Of a stretch of 24,000 nucleotides of DNA, positions 1 to 8,541 are shown one piece after another. The DNA comes from Pseudovibrio sp. JE062 (lineage in GTDB: Bacteria; Pseudomonadota; Alphaproteobacteria; Rhizobiales; Stappiaceae). The DNA is taken from the NCBI RefSeq assembly GCF_000156235.1, contig NZ_DS996811.1:136028-160027 (forward strand), read 5' to 3'. Position 1 is the first letter of the stretch; every line of letters begins with the position of its first letter. A program made the position numbers and the translations under genes. Below the pieces are notes generated by a model. The model saw only the letters and a list, made by a program, of their open reading frames with translations, was not told the DNA's origin and made no database searches.

Positions 1-2
1 AT

Positions 3-449
3 CTTATCTGCCTGACGGGACATTCCTTCCAATTTTTCCTGACTAAAGAAGACCAGCGCGCAGCGCTATCCTGCATTGCAAAGCACCTGAGCCCAACAGG
101 TCAGTTTGTCTTCGACACCCGCAATCCAGACTTTCCGGGCAGGAAGACCCGCAGCAAACAAGAAACGCTATCTCAGTCCATGCATTCGAAACTAGGGCCT
201 ATCGAGAGCTGGAACATCTCGGAGTATGATGAGGCAGAACAGATCCTCAGCTTTATCAATGCTTACAAGTCACTGGAGACAGGAGAGATTTTCAGCGCCC
301 CCTCCCAACTCAAATACACCTCACAAAAGAAACTGGCGCAGTTGATGGCTGACACGGGTTTGCAAGTCACAGACTGGCTGGGGGAATGGACTGGAGAGCC
401 CTATCACCCGTTATCGCGTGAGATTATCCCCGTTGGCGGGAAGGCTTAG
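3..449 (+). CDS. Class I SAM-dependent methyltransferase, C-terminal part (5' end lies outside the window)
   Basis: Frame 3 is open from nt 3 to the TAG at 447-449. The ORF track lists only the part from the internal Met at 180. My translation from nt 3 reads LICLTGHSFQFFLTKEDQRAALSCIAKHLSPTGQFVFDTRNPDFPG..., which fits the central and C-terminal part of Rossmann-fold SAM methyltransferases. Confidence 0.6.
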   Translation, partial: LICLTGHSFQFFLTKEDQRAALSCIAKHLSPTGQFVFDTRNPDFPGRKTRSKQETLSQSMHSKLGPIESWNISEYDEAEQILSFINAYKSLETGEIFSAPSQLKYTSQKKLAQLMADTGLQVTDWLGEWTGEPYHPLSREIIPVGGKA

Positions 450-519
450 GTTCTTAAAAACTCACACTCTGGTTCGTAAATCGTCCTCCTTTCTGCAAAC
501 AACCAAAAATGAGGACATA

Positions 520-1029
520 ATGAAAAGCAAAAAACATCTCACATTTAGTCTATGCGCTTTTATAGCAGCTAGTGCATTCTTCACACAGCCCGCTACGAGT
601 GAAGCAATCTATCGTGGATTACTAGAGGGTGGACACGGTGTCTTGGACCTCAGAGAAAATCGCTTTAATTTCGGAGGAGGAGGCCTCTCTTTCAACAAAG
701 ACATGGCACAGATCATGGCAGCACCACAGAATTTCAACTGTGCACTGATGTTGGATACTACCAATCCAATCCCAGTTGTTGGCAATCAATCCGCGATTAA
801 TCAATTCCCAGGATTTGACGCGACTTTTGATCAAAACCCACCGGCAATCCCTCAGGGTCATGTCAGCGTAAATGATAATCCAGCAGTTGCAAATCCAGCA
901 CGGGCATTCGCAAACCAAATTGCCGATATTGCACGTAACAATCCCGCTACTTTCAATGATGACCACATCGTAGGTGTCCATCTTACAGATGATGAATGTC
1001 GCGATAAACCAAAATGGCTTAACCAGTAA
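520..1029 (+). CDS. Secreted protein of unknown function (Sec signal peptide)
   Basis: ORF 418..1029 trimmed to the ATG at 520. The N-terminus MKSKKHLTFSLCAFIAASAFFTQPATSEA|IY has a basic n-region, a hydrophobic core and a small-residue cleavage site. The mature part is Asn/Pro/Gly-rich with two Cys, and I recognise no family. The 418 start would overlap the upstream gene. Confidence 0.6.
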   Translation: MKSKKHLTFSLCAFIAASAFFTQPATSEAIYRGLLEGGHGVLDLRENRFNFGGGGLSFNKDMAQIMAAPQNFNCALMLDTTNPIPVVGNQSAINQFPGFDATFDQNPPAIPQGHVSVNDNPAVANPARAFANQIADIARNNPATFNDDHIVGVHLTDDECRDKPKWLNQ

Positions 1030-1076
1030 ATCGTACGCAAGCTAGCTCTACTTCTGCAATAAGCGGAAGTGGAGCC

Positions 1077-1691
1077 TCACCGCTCAAACCGTGCCAACGC
1101 GAGGCCGATGCCGGAACCGATGAAGAGTGTGCCGGTGAGCTTGTGGCGCAGGTGGCCAATGCTTTTGAAGAGCGGTGTTGCAGAGCGGGCGAGAGCGGCC
1201 CAACACAGGTCTCCGCCAAAGATAACAAGCAGATAGATCAGTGCAGGCTGAGCCAATGCGTAGGTTGCGCTCTGGTTGCTGACGAACTGAGGCAGAAAGG
1301 CTGCGCTGAAGACAAGTGTCTTCGGGTTGATCATAGCAAGCAACATGCCCTGCCAGAAGAGACTGCGCAAAGGTGTTGCGCTGGCTTGCGCGTTCTCCAG
1401 CATATCCGACCGTTCTCGCCATGATTTGATGCCAAGATAGATCAGGTAAGCCGCACCAGCCCATTTCACCCACAAGGAGGCATCTGCCACAAACGTCAAT
1501 AGAGCCGTAAATCCAAGCACGACAATGCTAAGCTGAATGGCAACGCCGAGGGTTGTTCCAAGAACAGTCACAGCGCCAAAGCGGAACCCATGGCTGATGG
1601 TATTGGCAGCAATGAGCGCAACATTGGGACCTGGAATGGCCACCAGAGCAGCTGTTGCAATCACAAGCGCAAATATCATCTCAACTGACAT
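1077..1691 (-). CDS. LysE/RhtB family amino-acid exporter
   Basis: ORF 1077..1706 trimmed to the ATG at 1691, which follows GGAGG with a 7-nt spacer. MSVEMIFALVIATAALVAIPGPNVALIAANTISHGFRFG matches the LysE-family N-terminus with its PGP motif. The protein has about six hydrophobic segments and about 205 aa. Confidence 0.85.
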   Translation of the reverse strand: MSVEMIFALVIATAALVAIPGPNVALIAANTISHGFRFGAVTVLGTTLGVAIQLSIVVLGFTALLTFVADASLWVKWAGAAYLIYLGIKSWRERSDMLENAQASATPLRSLFWQGMLLAMINPKTLVFSAAFLPQFVSNQSATYALAQPALIYLLVIFGGDLCWAALARSATPLFKSIGHLRHKLTGTLFIGSGIGLALARFER

Positions 1692-1775
1692 GAGTTCCCC
1701 TCCCAAACATCAGCGGGCAGTTTGGAAGGTTCTCGCAATGAATGCAAGGCGGGCTTTAGGTGACCTGCCCTTGCC

Positions 1776-2648
1776 TCACTGAACCGCAGAAAGTTTATCT
1801 GGATTGCGCTGCGCGTAGATGGCGTTGACCTTCATCTCCTCATCATAGCCAAAGGTGAAGGTTGTGACGATGCCGCCGCCATCGACTGTCACCAGAGACA
1901 GACACGCATTGAGTTCTTCCACCCAGGCTCTTCCGCTGCTTGCCGCTGGCGAGATGGCCTTGTCGATAAAGCCAAGCACCTGCTCCAGCCCCACAAGTGG
2001 TTTTGGAATAGCATTGACCTTGCCACCACCATCAGACAGGAGAGCTACATCAGCAGCCAGCAATTGAGACAGCTGAGAGGTCTCGCCTGTTTCCAGCGCG
2101 GATTGGAATGCATGAACCATCTCGCGCTGTTTTTCGGCAGGTGCAACAAACCGCTGAGATTTTTGCTGGATGTTGGCTTTGGCCCGCGAAACCAGCTTAC
2201 GGCAACTGGCAGGGGTCACTTCCAGGATCTCAGCAACTTCCTCATAACTGGAGGAGAACACCTCACGCAGCAGAAAGGCAGCGCGCTCTTTTGGGGCGAG
2301 CCGTTCCATCACCAGCAGGAACGCCATGGTGAGGCTCTCTGAGAGCTCCACCCGATCCTCGGGCGTGTCCTGTGTTGTGGTGTGCAAAGGCTCCGGCAGC
2401 CACATACCAACGTAATTTTCGCGTTTTTTACGCGCTGTTTTGAGTTGATCGAGGGCCTTGCGTGTGCAAACTGTGGTAAGCCATGCCTCCGCATTAGAAA
2501 TGTCATCATGACTGGCGGACAACCAACTGAGATAGGTCTCCTGCACCACGTCTTCGGCTTCTGCCGTGGAACCTAATAAGCGGTAAGCCAGCCCCATCAG
2601 CATGGGTCTGGCCTTCTCAAATGCACAAAGTGATTTATCTGATGTCAT
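1776..2648 (-). CDS. ECF sigma factor, group ECF41 (SigJ-like) with fused SnoaL-like C-terminal regulatory domain
   Basis: ORF 1776..2681 trimmed to the ATG at 2648 (MTSDKSL...). Region 2 (DVVQETYLSWL) and region 4 (YEEVAEILEVTPASCRKLVSRAK) are present. A C-terminal extension of about 100 aa carries the DGGGK and NPDKL motifs described for ECF41. The start lies 2 nt after the stop of the upstream CMD gene. Confidence 0.9.
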   Translation of the reverse strand: MTSDKSLCAFEKARPMLMGLAYRLLGSTAEAEDVVQETYLSWLSASHDDISNAEAWLTTVCTRKALDQLKTARKKRENYVGMWLPEPLHTTTQDTPEDRVELSESLTMAFLLVMERLAPKERAAFLLREVFSSSYEEVAEILEVTPASCRKLVSRAKANIQQKSQRFVAPAEKQREMVHAFQSALETGETSQLSQLLAADVALLSDGGGKVNAIPKPLVGLEQVLGFIDKAISPAASSGRAWVEELNACLSLVTVDGGGIVTTFTFGYDEEMKVNAIYAQRNPDKLSAVQ

Positions 2649-2650
2649 GA

Positions 2651-3082
2651 TCAATGGTTCGATATTGCAATCCGGTTCCAAAGGTTGATCATGCCAACCA
2701 TGGCCGTCATCGTGGAAATTTCCTGATCACTGTAATGCTTTTTCAGCTCCTGGCGAAGACGTGGAAGCTGATCTTCTTTGTTAAGTTCTGTCAGAGCTTC
2801 GGTCCATTCAAACGCCAGCTTCTCTTTTTCAGAAAAATCATCACTATGACGCCAGATGATGAGATGATCCAGACGGTGATTGGTTTCGCCCGCCTTGCGC
2901 GCATCGCGAGTGTGCATCTTCACCCAGAACCCGCAACCGTTGATCTGAGATGCCCGCAGCAGAATGAGGTGATGCAGCTTTTCATCAAAACCTGTTGCAG
3001 CGATAACCTCTTCCAAGCCCTGAAGGGCTGCCATAATCTGCGCACCGCTCTCATAGTGATTGATGGTGGTGTGAACGTTCAT
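2651..3082 (-). CDS. Carboxymuconolactone decarboxylase (CMD)/AhpD-like family protein
   Basis: ORF 2651..3115 starts with GTG. I trimmed it to the ATG at 3082, which is preceded by GGAG with a 6-nt spacer. HLILLRASQINGCGFWVKMHTRDARKAGE is the AhpD/CMD core helix motif, here with C-x-x-W instead of C-x-x-C. The protein is about 143 aa, typical of the family. Confidence 0.85.
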   Translation of the reverse strand: MNVHTTINHYESGAQIMAALQGLEEVIAATGFDEKLHHLILLRASQINGCGFWVKMHTRDARKAGETNHRLDHLIIWRHSDDFSEKEKLAFEWTEALTELNKEDQLPRLRQELKKHYSDQEISTMTAMVGMINLWNRIAISNH

Positions 3083-3121
3083 CGTCATCTCCAGTGATTG
3101 TTTTGTTGCGTTCACTGGTTC

Positions 3122-3148
3122 GACGAGACAGCGCCTTCAGATGTGACG
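3122..3148 (-). promoter_or_regulatory. Candidate ECF41-dependent promoter in front of the CMD-sigma operon
   Basis: Read on the minus strand: cGTCACA (3148..3142), a 16-nt spacer, then CGTC (3125..3122). It lies about 40 nt upstream of the CMD start codon. This matches the ECF41 target promoter consensus TGTCACA-N16-CGTC as I recall it. Confidence 0.6.
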
Positions 3149-3187
3149 TGGCGCCAAAGAAAAAATGAAACCTCTTGTTGCAAAGCC

Positions 3188-3691
3188 CTACAAAGCAGGA
3201 TGGCGATAGACCAGATCGACAGGATCATGACGTTCTGCATCCGGGTCAATGACGGCACCCATACGTTCTGCAAGCTTGCGCGAACGCTCATTTTTTGGGT
3301 CGATGTAGCTGACCAGCGTTTTCAGGCCCAGCTCTTCAAAAGCCCATTTGCGCATCCGCATGGCAGCTTCCAGCGCATAGCCGTGCCCTTCAAAGCCATC
3401 ATAAAGGAACCAGCCCAGCTCATGCTCAGGAAACAATGGTCCATGATTGAGCCCGACCTGACCAACGGTTTTGCCCGTTGTCTTGTCATCCACCATCAAA
3501 GCACCGTGACCAAACAAGACCCAATGCGCGATATCATGACTGAAGATGCCCCAGGTCACATGCCTTGGCGTTGGGCCGCCCATAAATTGCGAACGGTCTG
3601 ATTGCATCAGCTGCTCATACTGCGGCCAATCCTCAATCGTCATCGGACGAAGGCGCAATCTTTCGGTTTCGAGGGTCGGTATCACAGTCAT
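3188..3691 (-). CDS. GNAT family N-acetyltransferase (RimJ/RimL-like)
   Basis: ORF 3188..3838 trimmed to the ATG at 3691. MTVIPTLETERLRLRPMTIEDWPQYEQLM is the typical RimJ-like N-terminus. An acetyl-CoA-binding-type block (GQVGL...GFEGHGYALEAAMRMRKWAFEELGL) is present. Confidence 0.85.
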   Translation of the reverse strand: MTVIPTLETERLRLRPMTIEDWPQYEQLMQSDRSQFMGGPTPRHVTWGIFSHDIAHWVLFGHGALMVDDKTTGKTVGQVGLNHGPLFPEHELGWFLYDGFEGHGYALEAAMRMRKWAFEELGLKTLVSYIDPKNERSRKLAERMGAVIDPDAERHDPVDLVYRHPAL

Positions 3692-3959
3692 TTGATCAAT
3701 CCAGCAATGAAAAAAGGAATCTCTGAGCGTATTGTCAGCGGCGAACAATATTTCGGCAGCTGCTTTGAAAAAAGCAATTTTTAATCTGGCGTGTTGGGAA
3801 CTTTCAAGATGGACTATGCAGCAAGGCGTGTCAGCCAAGACCTTGTTTTTGATGGCACACTTGATTTTGTTAAGGACTCACCCATCTGTTGAGATGAAAA
3901 AGACAGCCGCATAGCTGTCCGTTCCCATTTGCTAATAATCAATACGGAGCCACAATTTC

Positions 3960-4826
3960 ATGAGTGATAAGCAAGAGTATACCCCACCAAAGGTTTGGAA
4001 GTGGGAACAGAAAAACGGCGGCCAGTTCGCAAACATCAACCGCCCAATCGCTGGCCCAACCCATGACAAAGATCTGGAGGTTGGCAAGCACCCGCTACAG
4101 CTTTACTCGCTGGCAACGCCAAACGGCGTGAAAGTCACCATCATGCTGGAAGAGCTTCTGGCAGCAGGCTTTAGCGAAGCAGAATACGATGCCTGGCTGA
4201 TCAACATCGGCGAAGGTGATCAGTTCTCCAGCGGCTTTGTTGGCGCAAACCCGAACTCCAAAATCCCGGCACTGGTGGACCACAGCACCGAAACACCAAC
4301 CCGCGTGTTCGAGTCCGGTTCCATCCTGCTGTACCTGGCAGAAAAGTTCGGCGCCTTCCTGCCGAAAGATCCAGCAGCCCGCACAGAAGCCATGAACTGG
4401 CTGTTCTGGCAGATGGGTTCCGCTCCATATCTGGGCGGTGGTTTCGGCCACTTCTACGCTTACGCGCCAGAAAAGTTCGAGTACCCAATCAACCGCTTCG
4501 CCATGGAAGCCAAGCGTCAGCTGGACGTACTGGACCGCAATCTGGCGGAACGCCGCTTCATGGCTGGTGACGAGTACTCCATCGCAGATATGGCGATCTT
4601 CCCGTGGTACGGCGCACTAGTGCTCGGCTCACTCTACAGCGCTGCTGAGTTCCTCTCCGTTGACGAGTACAAGAACGTGAAACGTTGGGCGGAAGAAATC
4701 GCTGAGCGCCCTGCCGTTAAACGCGGCAAACGCGTCAACCGCACCTGGGGTGATGAGGACCAACAGGTCCCAGAACGCCACGACGCCAGCGACCTGGACC
4801 CAAAACCAGCCTCTGAAAGAGCGTAA
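3960..4826 (+). CDS. yghU: Glutathione S-transferase-like disulfide-bond oxidoreductase, YghU family
   Basis: The 288-aa protein is collinear with E. coli YghU as I remember it, including KVWKWEQKNGGQFANINRPIAGPTH..GKHPLQLYSLATPNGVKVTIMLEELL and FGHFYAYAP..INRF..EAKR. The length is also the same. Confidence 0.9.
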   Translation: MSDKQEYTPPKVWKWEQKNGGQFANINRPIAGPTHDKDLEVGKHPLQLYSLATPNGVKVTIMLEELLAAGFSEAEYDAWLINIGEGDQFSSGFVGANPNSKIPALVDHSTETPTRVFESGSILLYLAEKFGAFLPKDPAARTEAMNWLFWQMGSAPYLGGGFGHFYAYAPEKFEYPINRFAMEAKRQLDVLDRNLAERRFMAGDEYSIADMAIFPWYGALVLGSLYSAAEFLSVDEYKNVKRWAEEIAERPAVKRGKRVNRTWGDEDQQVPERHDASDLDPKPASERA

Positions 4827-4851
4827 ATCGCGTAGTCAGAACTGAAAACGC

Positions 4852-4885
4852 AAAACCCGGCTTTGATGAGGCCGGGTTTTATTTT
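4852..4885. terminator. Bidirectional rho-independent terminator between the convergent yghU and 4893..5252 genes
   Basis: The perfect 10-bp stem aaaacccggc (4852-4861) / gccgggtttt (4871-4880) has a 9-nt loop. It is followed by atttt on the plus strand and by a T-rich run on the minus strand. Confidence 0.8.
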
Positions 4886-4892
4886 GCATACT

Positions 4893-5252
4893 TTAGCCGA
4901 AGAACGATTGCACCGTTCCAATCAGCAGTGGCAAGTTAGGTATCGCAGTAAAAATCGAGATCGATCCCAACAATAGCAGAGAAGAGACGTTCAAAAACAC
5001 AAGGAGTGCCGCGATACATTTTCCCCGAAATTCCAAAGAACTAGCAAGATACAAGTTAAACAGATTCATAAGAACAAGCAGAGAGACAACAACCAGTGTG
5101 AAGCTGGTATCGACATGAACCGGAAGCGCAATCAGTAAGTTCCTCACAAACCTGATTAAGTAACCTAATACCCAAGGAATGAGCGTGTTATTCAACGCGA
5201 GCAAATGGTATTTGTTGCTCAGGTCTATTTCGATCACTCGATTAAATCGCAT
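4893..5252 (-). CDS. Small hydrophobic membrane protein, unknown function
   Basis: ATG-initiated 119-aa ORF with three or four hydrophobic helices (LIALPVHVDTSFTLVVVSLLVLMNLF, CIAALLVFLNVSSLLLLGSISIF). It ends 8 nt from the bidirectional terminator. It is AT-rich: my counts on two 60-nt lines gave 38-43% GC, against about 60% for one yghU line. Confidence 0.55.
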   Translation of the reverse strand: MRFNRVIEIDLSNKYHLLALNNTLIPWVLGYLIRFVRNLLIALPVHVDTSFTLVVVSLLVLMNLFNLYLASSLEFRGKCIAALLVFLNVSSLLLLGSISIFTAIPNLPLLIGTVQSFFG

Positions 5253-5503
5253 ACCTACTCACTATCAATAAAAGTCGTCATCATTTTCACAGAGGCCCTT
5301 GCGGGTAACTGATGACTACCACGGTTCCACTCTATTCGATCATATGCACTTTATATGAGCCCGACTTGTAAGTGTAACTGGTATGTATTTCGATCCAGCC
5401 CTGTGCACCATCATTCTTTTCCAATCGGAAATTGCGGTAGTTCAATTCCTCGCCTGTCACACAGGTTTAAGATTTGTTCCAAAGAGCAAAAAGGAACGAA
5501 CCC

Positions 5504-7039
5504 ATGTCGGAGCTTCTCAAACGGTTTAAGGGCATTACGGAAGACCCTGGCCTCTCCTTTACGCAAAAGGCGCGTTATCTCTCGCTGGAGGCAGAAAACT
5601 CTCTGCCTTATCCTGACCTTGATGAGGAAACCGCCAAGGCACTGGAAGAGCGCGTTATCTGCGACATGTATGAGGGACATGCGCCCTTCAAACCGCGCTA
5701 TGTGATGCCCGACTATTCCGTTGTTCTTGAGAAAGGCAGCACGTTCCTGGAGCTGGACCCAGCCACGACGCTGGATGAGGCCATCAACTCCCTCATGATT
5801 GCCTATCATCACGTGCCATCCGTCACCAACATGCCGGTGTTTATTGGCCGCCTCGACAATCTGCTGCTGCCATATTGTGATGATGTAAGCGATGAAGACC
5901 TTTATAAGAAGCTGAAGCTGTTCTGGCGCTATCTGGACCGCGTCCTGCCGGACGCTTTCATGCATGCCAATGTGGGGCCAACGGACAACCGTGTTGCCCG
6001 CACCATCATGCGCATTGATGCCGAGCTGAAGCAGATCGCGCCGAACCTGACATTCATCTGGGATCCTGACGTTAGCTCAGACGAAATCTTCTCTCAGGCT
6101 TGCCAAAGCATTATTGAATGCTCCAAACCGCACATCGCCAATAACCCACTGCATCAACCGCTGTTTGACGAATACGGCTACGGCGTCGCCAGCTGCTACA
6201 ACGTGTTGCCACTGTGCGGTGGTGCGTCCACGCTCACCCGCATCAACCTGCGAGAAGTGGCGCGTCGCTCCAAAGATACTGCGGACTTCTTCGAAAATGT
6301 TCTGCCGAAGTACATTGATCTCAACTTCCGCCTGACAGAAGCGCGGATTGATCACCTCTTCAACAAATCCGGTTTCTTTGAAAGCTTCCTCGTGAAGGAA
6401 GGCTGGATCCGTAAAGATCGCTTCACTGCCATGTACGGCATCTTTGCCATGGCGCAGTGTGTTGACGAGCTGCAGGCCAAGGAAGGCCGTTCCGGTAAAT
6501 ACGGTCACGATGAGACAGCCAACCAGCTTGGGCATCGCATTTCCAAAGTGCTCTTCGAAGCTGTTGAAGCACGCCCAATGGAAAACTGTTGGCAAGGCAA
6601 GGCTATGCTGCATTCACAAGCGGGCCTCAGCGATGATGATGGTTGCACACCGGGTGTTCGCATCCCTTATGGTAGCGAACCAGATCCGGTCACACACGTA
6701 CAGGCACTGGCAGAACACCATGCGTTCTATCCATCCGGCGTCTCAGAAATTCTGACACTGGATGAGACCATCGAGAACAATCCGGCAGCGCTGGAGCAGT
6801 TGGTCAAAGGCGCATTCCAGCTGGGGTTCCGTGAGTTTTCTGCCAACATCTCCAACAATGATCTGGTGCGTATCACCGGTTACATGGTGCGCTTGTCAGA
6901 CATCGCGAAGTTCAAAGAATGTGGCGGGTCTCGCATCAACACAACTGTGCTGGGCGCCGAAGCGGCTGATAAAGGTAAAATACTGGAGCGCGCACCGCGG
7001 GTGATGAGCCATGAACTTGCCCCTCGCTACAGTCAGTAA
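5504..7039 (+). CDS. yjjI: YjjI-family glycyl radical enzyme (DUF3029), substrate unknown
   Basis: ORF 5474..7039 trimmed to the ATG at 5504, which follows AAAGGAA. The protein has 511 aa. A glycyl-radical-type motif, NDLVRITGYMVRL, sits 53 residues from the C-terminus with its Gly codon at 6878-6880. The next gene is a YjjW-type activase, the diagnostic pairing for this family. Confidence 0.85.
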   Translation: MSELLKRFKGITEDPGLSFTQKARYLSLEAENSLPYPDLDEETAKALEERVICDMYEGHAPFKPRYVMPDYSVVLEKGSTFLELDPATTLDEAINSLMIAYHHVPSVTNMPVFIGRLDNLLLPYCDDVSDEDLYKKLKLFWRYLDRVLPDAFMHANVGPTDNRVARTIMRIDAELKQIAPNLTFIWDPDVSSDEIFSQACQSIIECSKPHIANNPLHQPLFDEYGYGVASCYNVLPLCGGASTLTRINLREVARRSKDTADFFENVLPKYIDLNFRLTEARIDHLFNKSGFFESFLVKEGWIRKDRFTAMYGIFAMAQCVDELQAKEGRSGKYGHDETANQLGHRISKVLFEAVEARPMENCWQGKAMLHSQAGLSDDDGCTPGVRIPYGSEPDPVTHVQALAEHHAFYPSGVSEILTLDETIENNPAALEQLVKGAFQLGFREFSANISNNDLVRITGYMVRLSDIAKFKECGGSRINTTVLGAEAADKGKILERAPRVMSHELAPRYSQ

Positions 7040-7877
7040 GGTTTTAAAGTTCTCTTGCGTGGATGGGCCGGGCAACCGGCTTGTCCTGTTTCTGCAAGGC
7101 TGCAACTTCGCCTGCCCAACTTGCCACAATCCGCATACCATGAAGCTATGCAACGACTGCGGTGACTGCGTGCCAGAGTGCCCAACCGGCGCTCTGACCA
7201 TCGTGCAAGGCAAGGTGGTACATGATCCAAGCATTTGCGACCAGTGTGATAAGTGCTTGGACGTCTGCCCCATCAATGCCAACCCTAAGGTGACACAGTA
7301 CAGAGTTGATGATGTTCTGGCTCTGCTTTATCAGAACAAACCATTCCTGAATGGCATTACCATTTCCGGCGGTGAGGCAACTACGCAGCTGAAGTTCATC
7401 ATCGCTCTGTTTACGGCTATCAAGTCCGATGAGAAGCTAAAGGATCTCACCTGCTTCATCGACAGCAACGGCTATCTGCCTGAAGCAGCATGGAAGACAG
7501 TTCTGCCTGTTACCGACGGCGTGATGCTGGACATCAAAGCCTTCGACAACACCCTGCACAGCCTGCTCACCACGCGCCAAAACGAACGCGTTCTGGCCTC
7601 CGCCAAGCTGCTCTTCGAGGCCGGTAAGCTGCATGAACTGCGCTATCTGCTCATTCCAGAACGCACCGATAACCCTGAAGAGATCAAAGAACTCATCAGT
7701 TTCGTAGAAGCCCTGAGCACTGACCTGCCCTTACGCCTCAACGCCTACCAACACCACGGCGTCAAAGGCGAAGCCCTCACATGGCCCACGATGAAGGAGC
7801 CAGATGTGGAACGCATCGCCGCGGAGTTGCGGTCAGCGGGGCTGACGAACGTGGTGACGCCAGCGGTCTATATTTGA
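7011..7877 (+). CDS. yjjW: YjjW-family glycyl radical enzyme activating protein (radical SAM)
   Basis: The radical SAM motif CNFACPTC is followed by two ferredoxin-type clusters, CNDCGDCVPECP and CDQCDKCLDVCP. GITISGGEATTQ is also present. The protein is collinear with E. coli YjjW as I recall it. The ATG at 7011 overlaps the yjjI 3' end by 29 nt. Confidence 0.9.
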   Translation: MNLPLATVSKVLKFSCVDGPGNRLVLFLQGCNFACPTCHNPHTMKLCNDCGDCVPECPTGALTIVQGKVVHDPSICDQCDKCLDVCPINANPKVTQYRVDDVLALLYQNKPFLNGITISGGEATTQLKFIIALFTAIKSDEKLKDLTCFIDSNGYLPEAAWKTVLPVTDGVMLDIKAFDNTLHSLLTTRQNERVLASAKLLFEAGKLHELRYLLIPERTDNPEEIKELISFVEALSTDLPLRLNAYQHHGVKGEALTWPTMKEPDVERIAAELRSAGLTNVVTPAVYI

Positions 7878-7893
7878 ATGCTGTTTAGCGTGG

Positions 7894-8541
7894 TCAAGTC
7901 AACACCATCATCGCACTAGTGTAGAAATTTCTGACTTCCATTACCCATGGTACCATTGCGAACAGAAAGACTGGCACGCGCAAAAATGGCTTATTCCATC
8001 GCTCGGTAATCAAACCAACAATCGCCGGTATCAGTAGATAAGTCGCAAGCATCATGACGGTTAGTGACGAAAAAGCCGTCCAATATGTAACCTGCGTCTT
8101 GTAATAATCTGCGACACCTAAATTTGACCAAATCCACACCCAGTAAAAAGGGCTGCAGCCTGCAAACATCAAAGCAAAAGCAGCAACTGCACTTCGTACT
8201 TCGAAATTCTTTGCCAGTGTAGAAATCGAAGGCTTGAGCAGGCAAACAAGAGCTAAACATACCAATGTAAACGGCAATCCTAATTGTAGAAATTTCCCAG
8301 CCTGTACCCATGGAGCATCAAGACTCGAAATTGCCTCAACTTCATTCAAAGAGCCTTGTACAACAACAATGCCAAGTATCTGCACTACACTGACAGCGAG
8401 AAATTCTTTAGGCTTAAGCAAGCGCAACGCAATAAGCATGATTGGAAACGTGAAAATAATTAGGTCACGTGCACCAAGCTCTGAAAAACGAGCCAACGCT
8501 TCCCACGCGGTAAAACTCGCGACACTCACAACTTCCAACAT
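7894..8541 (-). CDS. Polytopic membrane protein, unknown function
   Basis: ORF 7894..8547 starts with TTG. I trimmed it to the ATG at 8541 (MLEVVSVASF...). It has about six hydrophobic segments. My spot counts gave 43-47% GC. It is convergent with yjjW across a 16-nt gap and lies 63 nt downstream of the AraC gene on the same strand. Confidence 0.6.
   Translation of the reverse strand: MLEVVSVASFTAWEALARFSELGARDLIIFTFPIMLIALRLLKPKEFLAVSVVQILGIVVVQGSLNEVEAISSLDAPWVQAGKFLQLGLPFTLVCLALVCLLKPSISTLAKNFEVRSAVAAFALMFAGCSPFYWVWIWSNLGVADYYKTQVTYWTAFSSLTVMMLATYLLIPAIVGLITERWNKPFLRVPVFLFAMVPWVMEVRNFYTSAMMVLT

Noticed and set aside
534-560. Possible lipoprotein lipobox (TFSLC) in the secreted protein
   Set aside because: Leu at position -1 does not fit the L-[AS]-[GA]-C lipobox. 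A type I signal peptidase site after TSEA is more plausible.
3897-3919. Hairpin gacagc/gctgtc followed by TTTTT on the minus strand, in the GNAT-yghU divergent region
   Set aside because: It looks like a minus-strand terminator, but no minus-strand gene lies upstream of it. The stem is only 6 bp, so it could be chance or a minor insulator. That is not enough to call a feature.
5453-5481. TGTCACA (5455-5461, inside the palindrome cctgt-cac-acagg) upstream of yjjI as a second ECF41 promoter
   Set aside because: The required CGTC element is missing at N16 or N17 (tcca or ccaa is found instead). I also looked for an FNR-type TTGAT-N4-ATCAA box in 5253-5503 and found none.
5411-6613. Minus-strand ORFs 5411..5965 (184 aa) and 6077..6613 (178 aa)
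   Set aside because: They are antisense to yjjI, which has a family-diagnostic radical motif and a partner activase. Neither has a recognisable feature.
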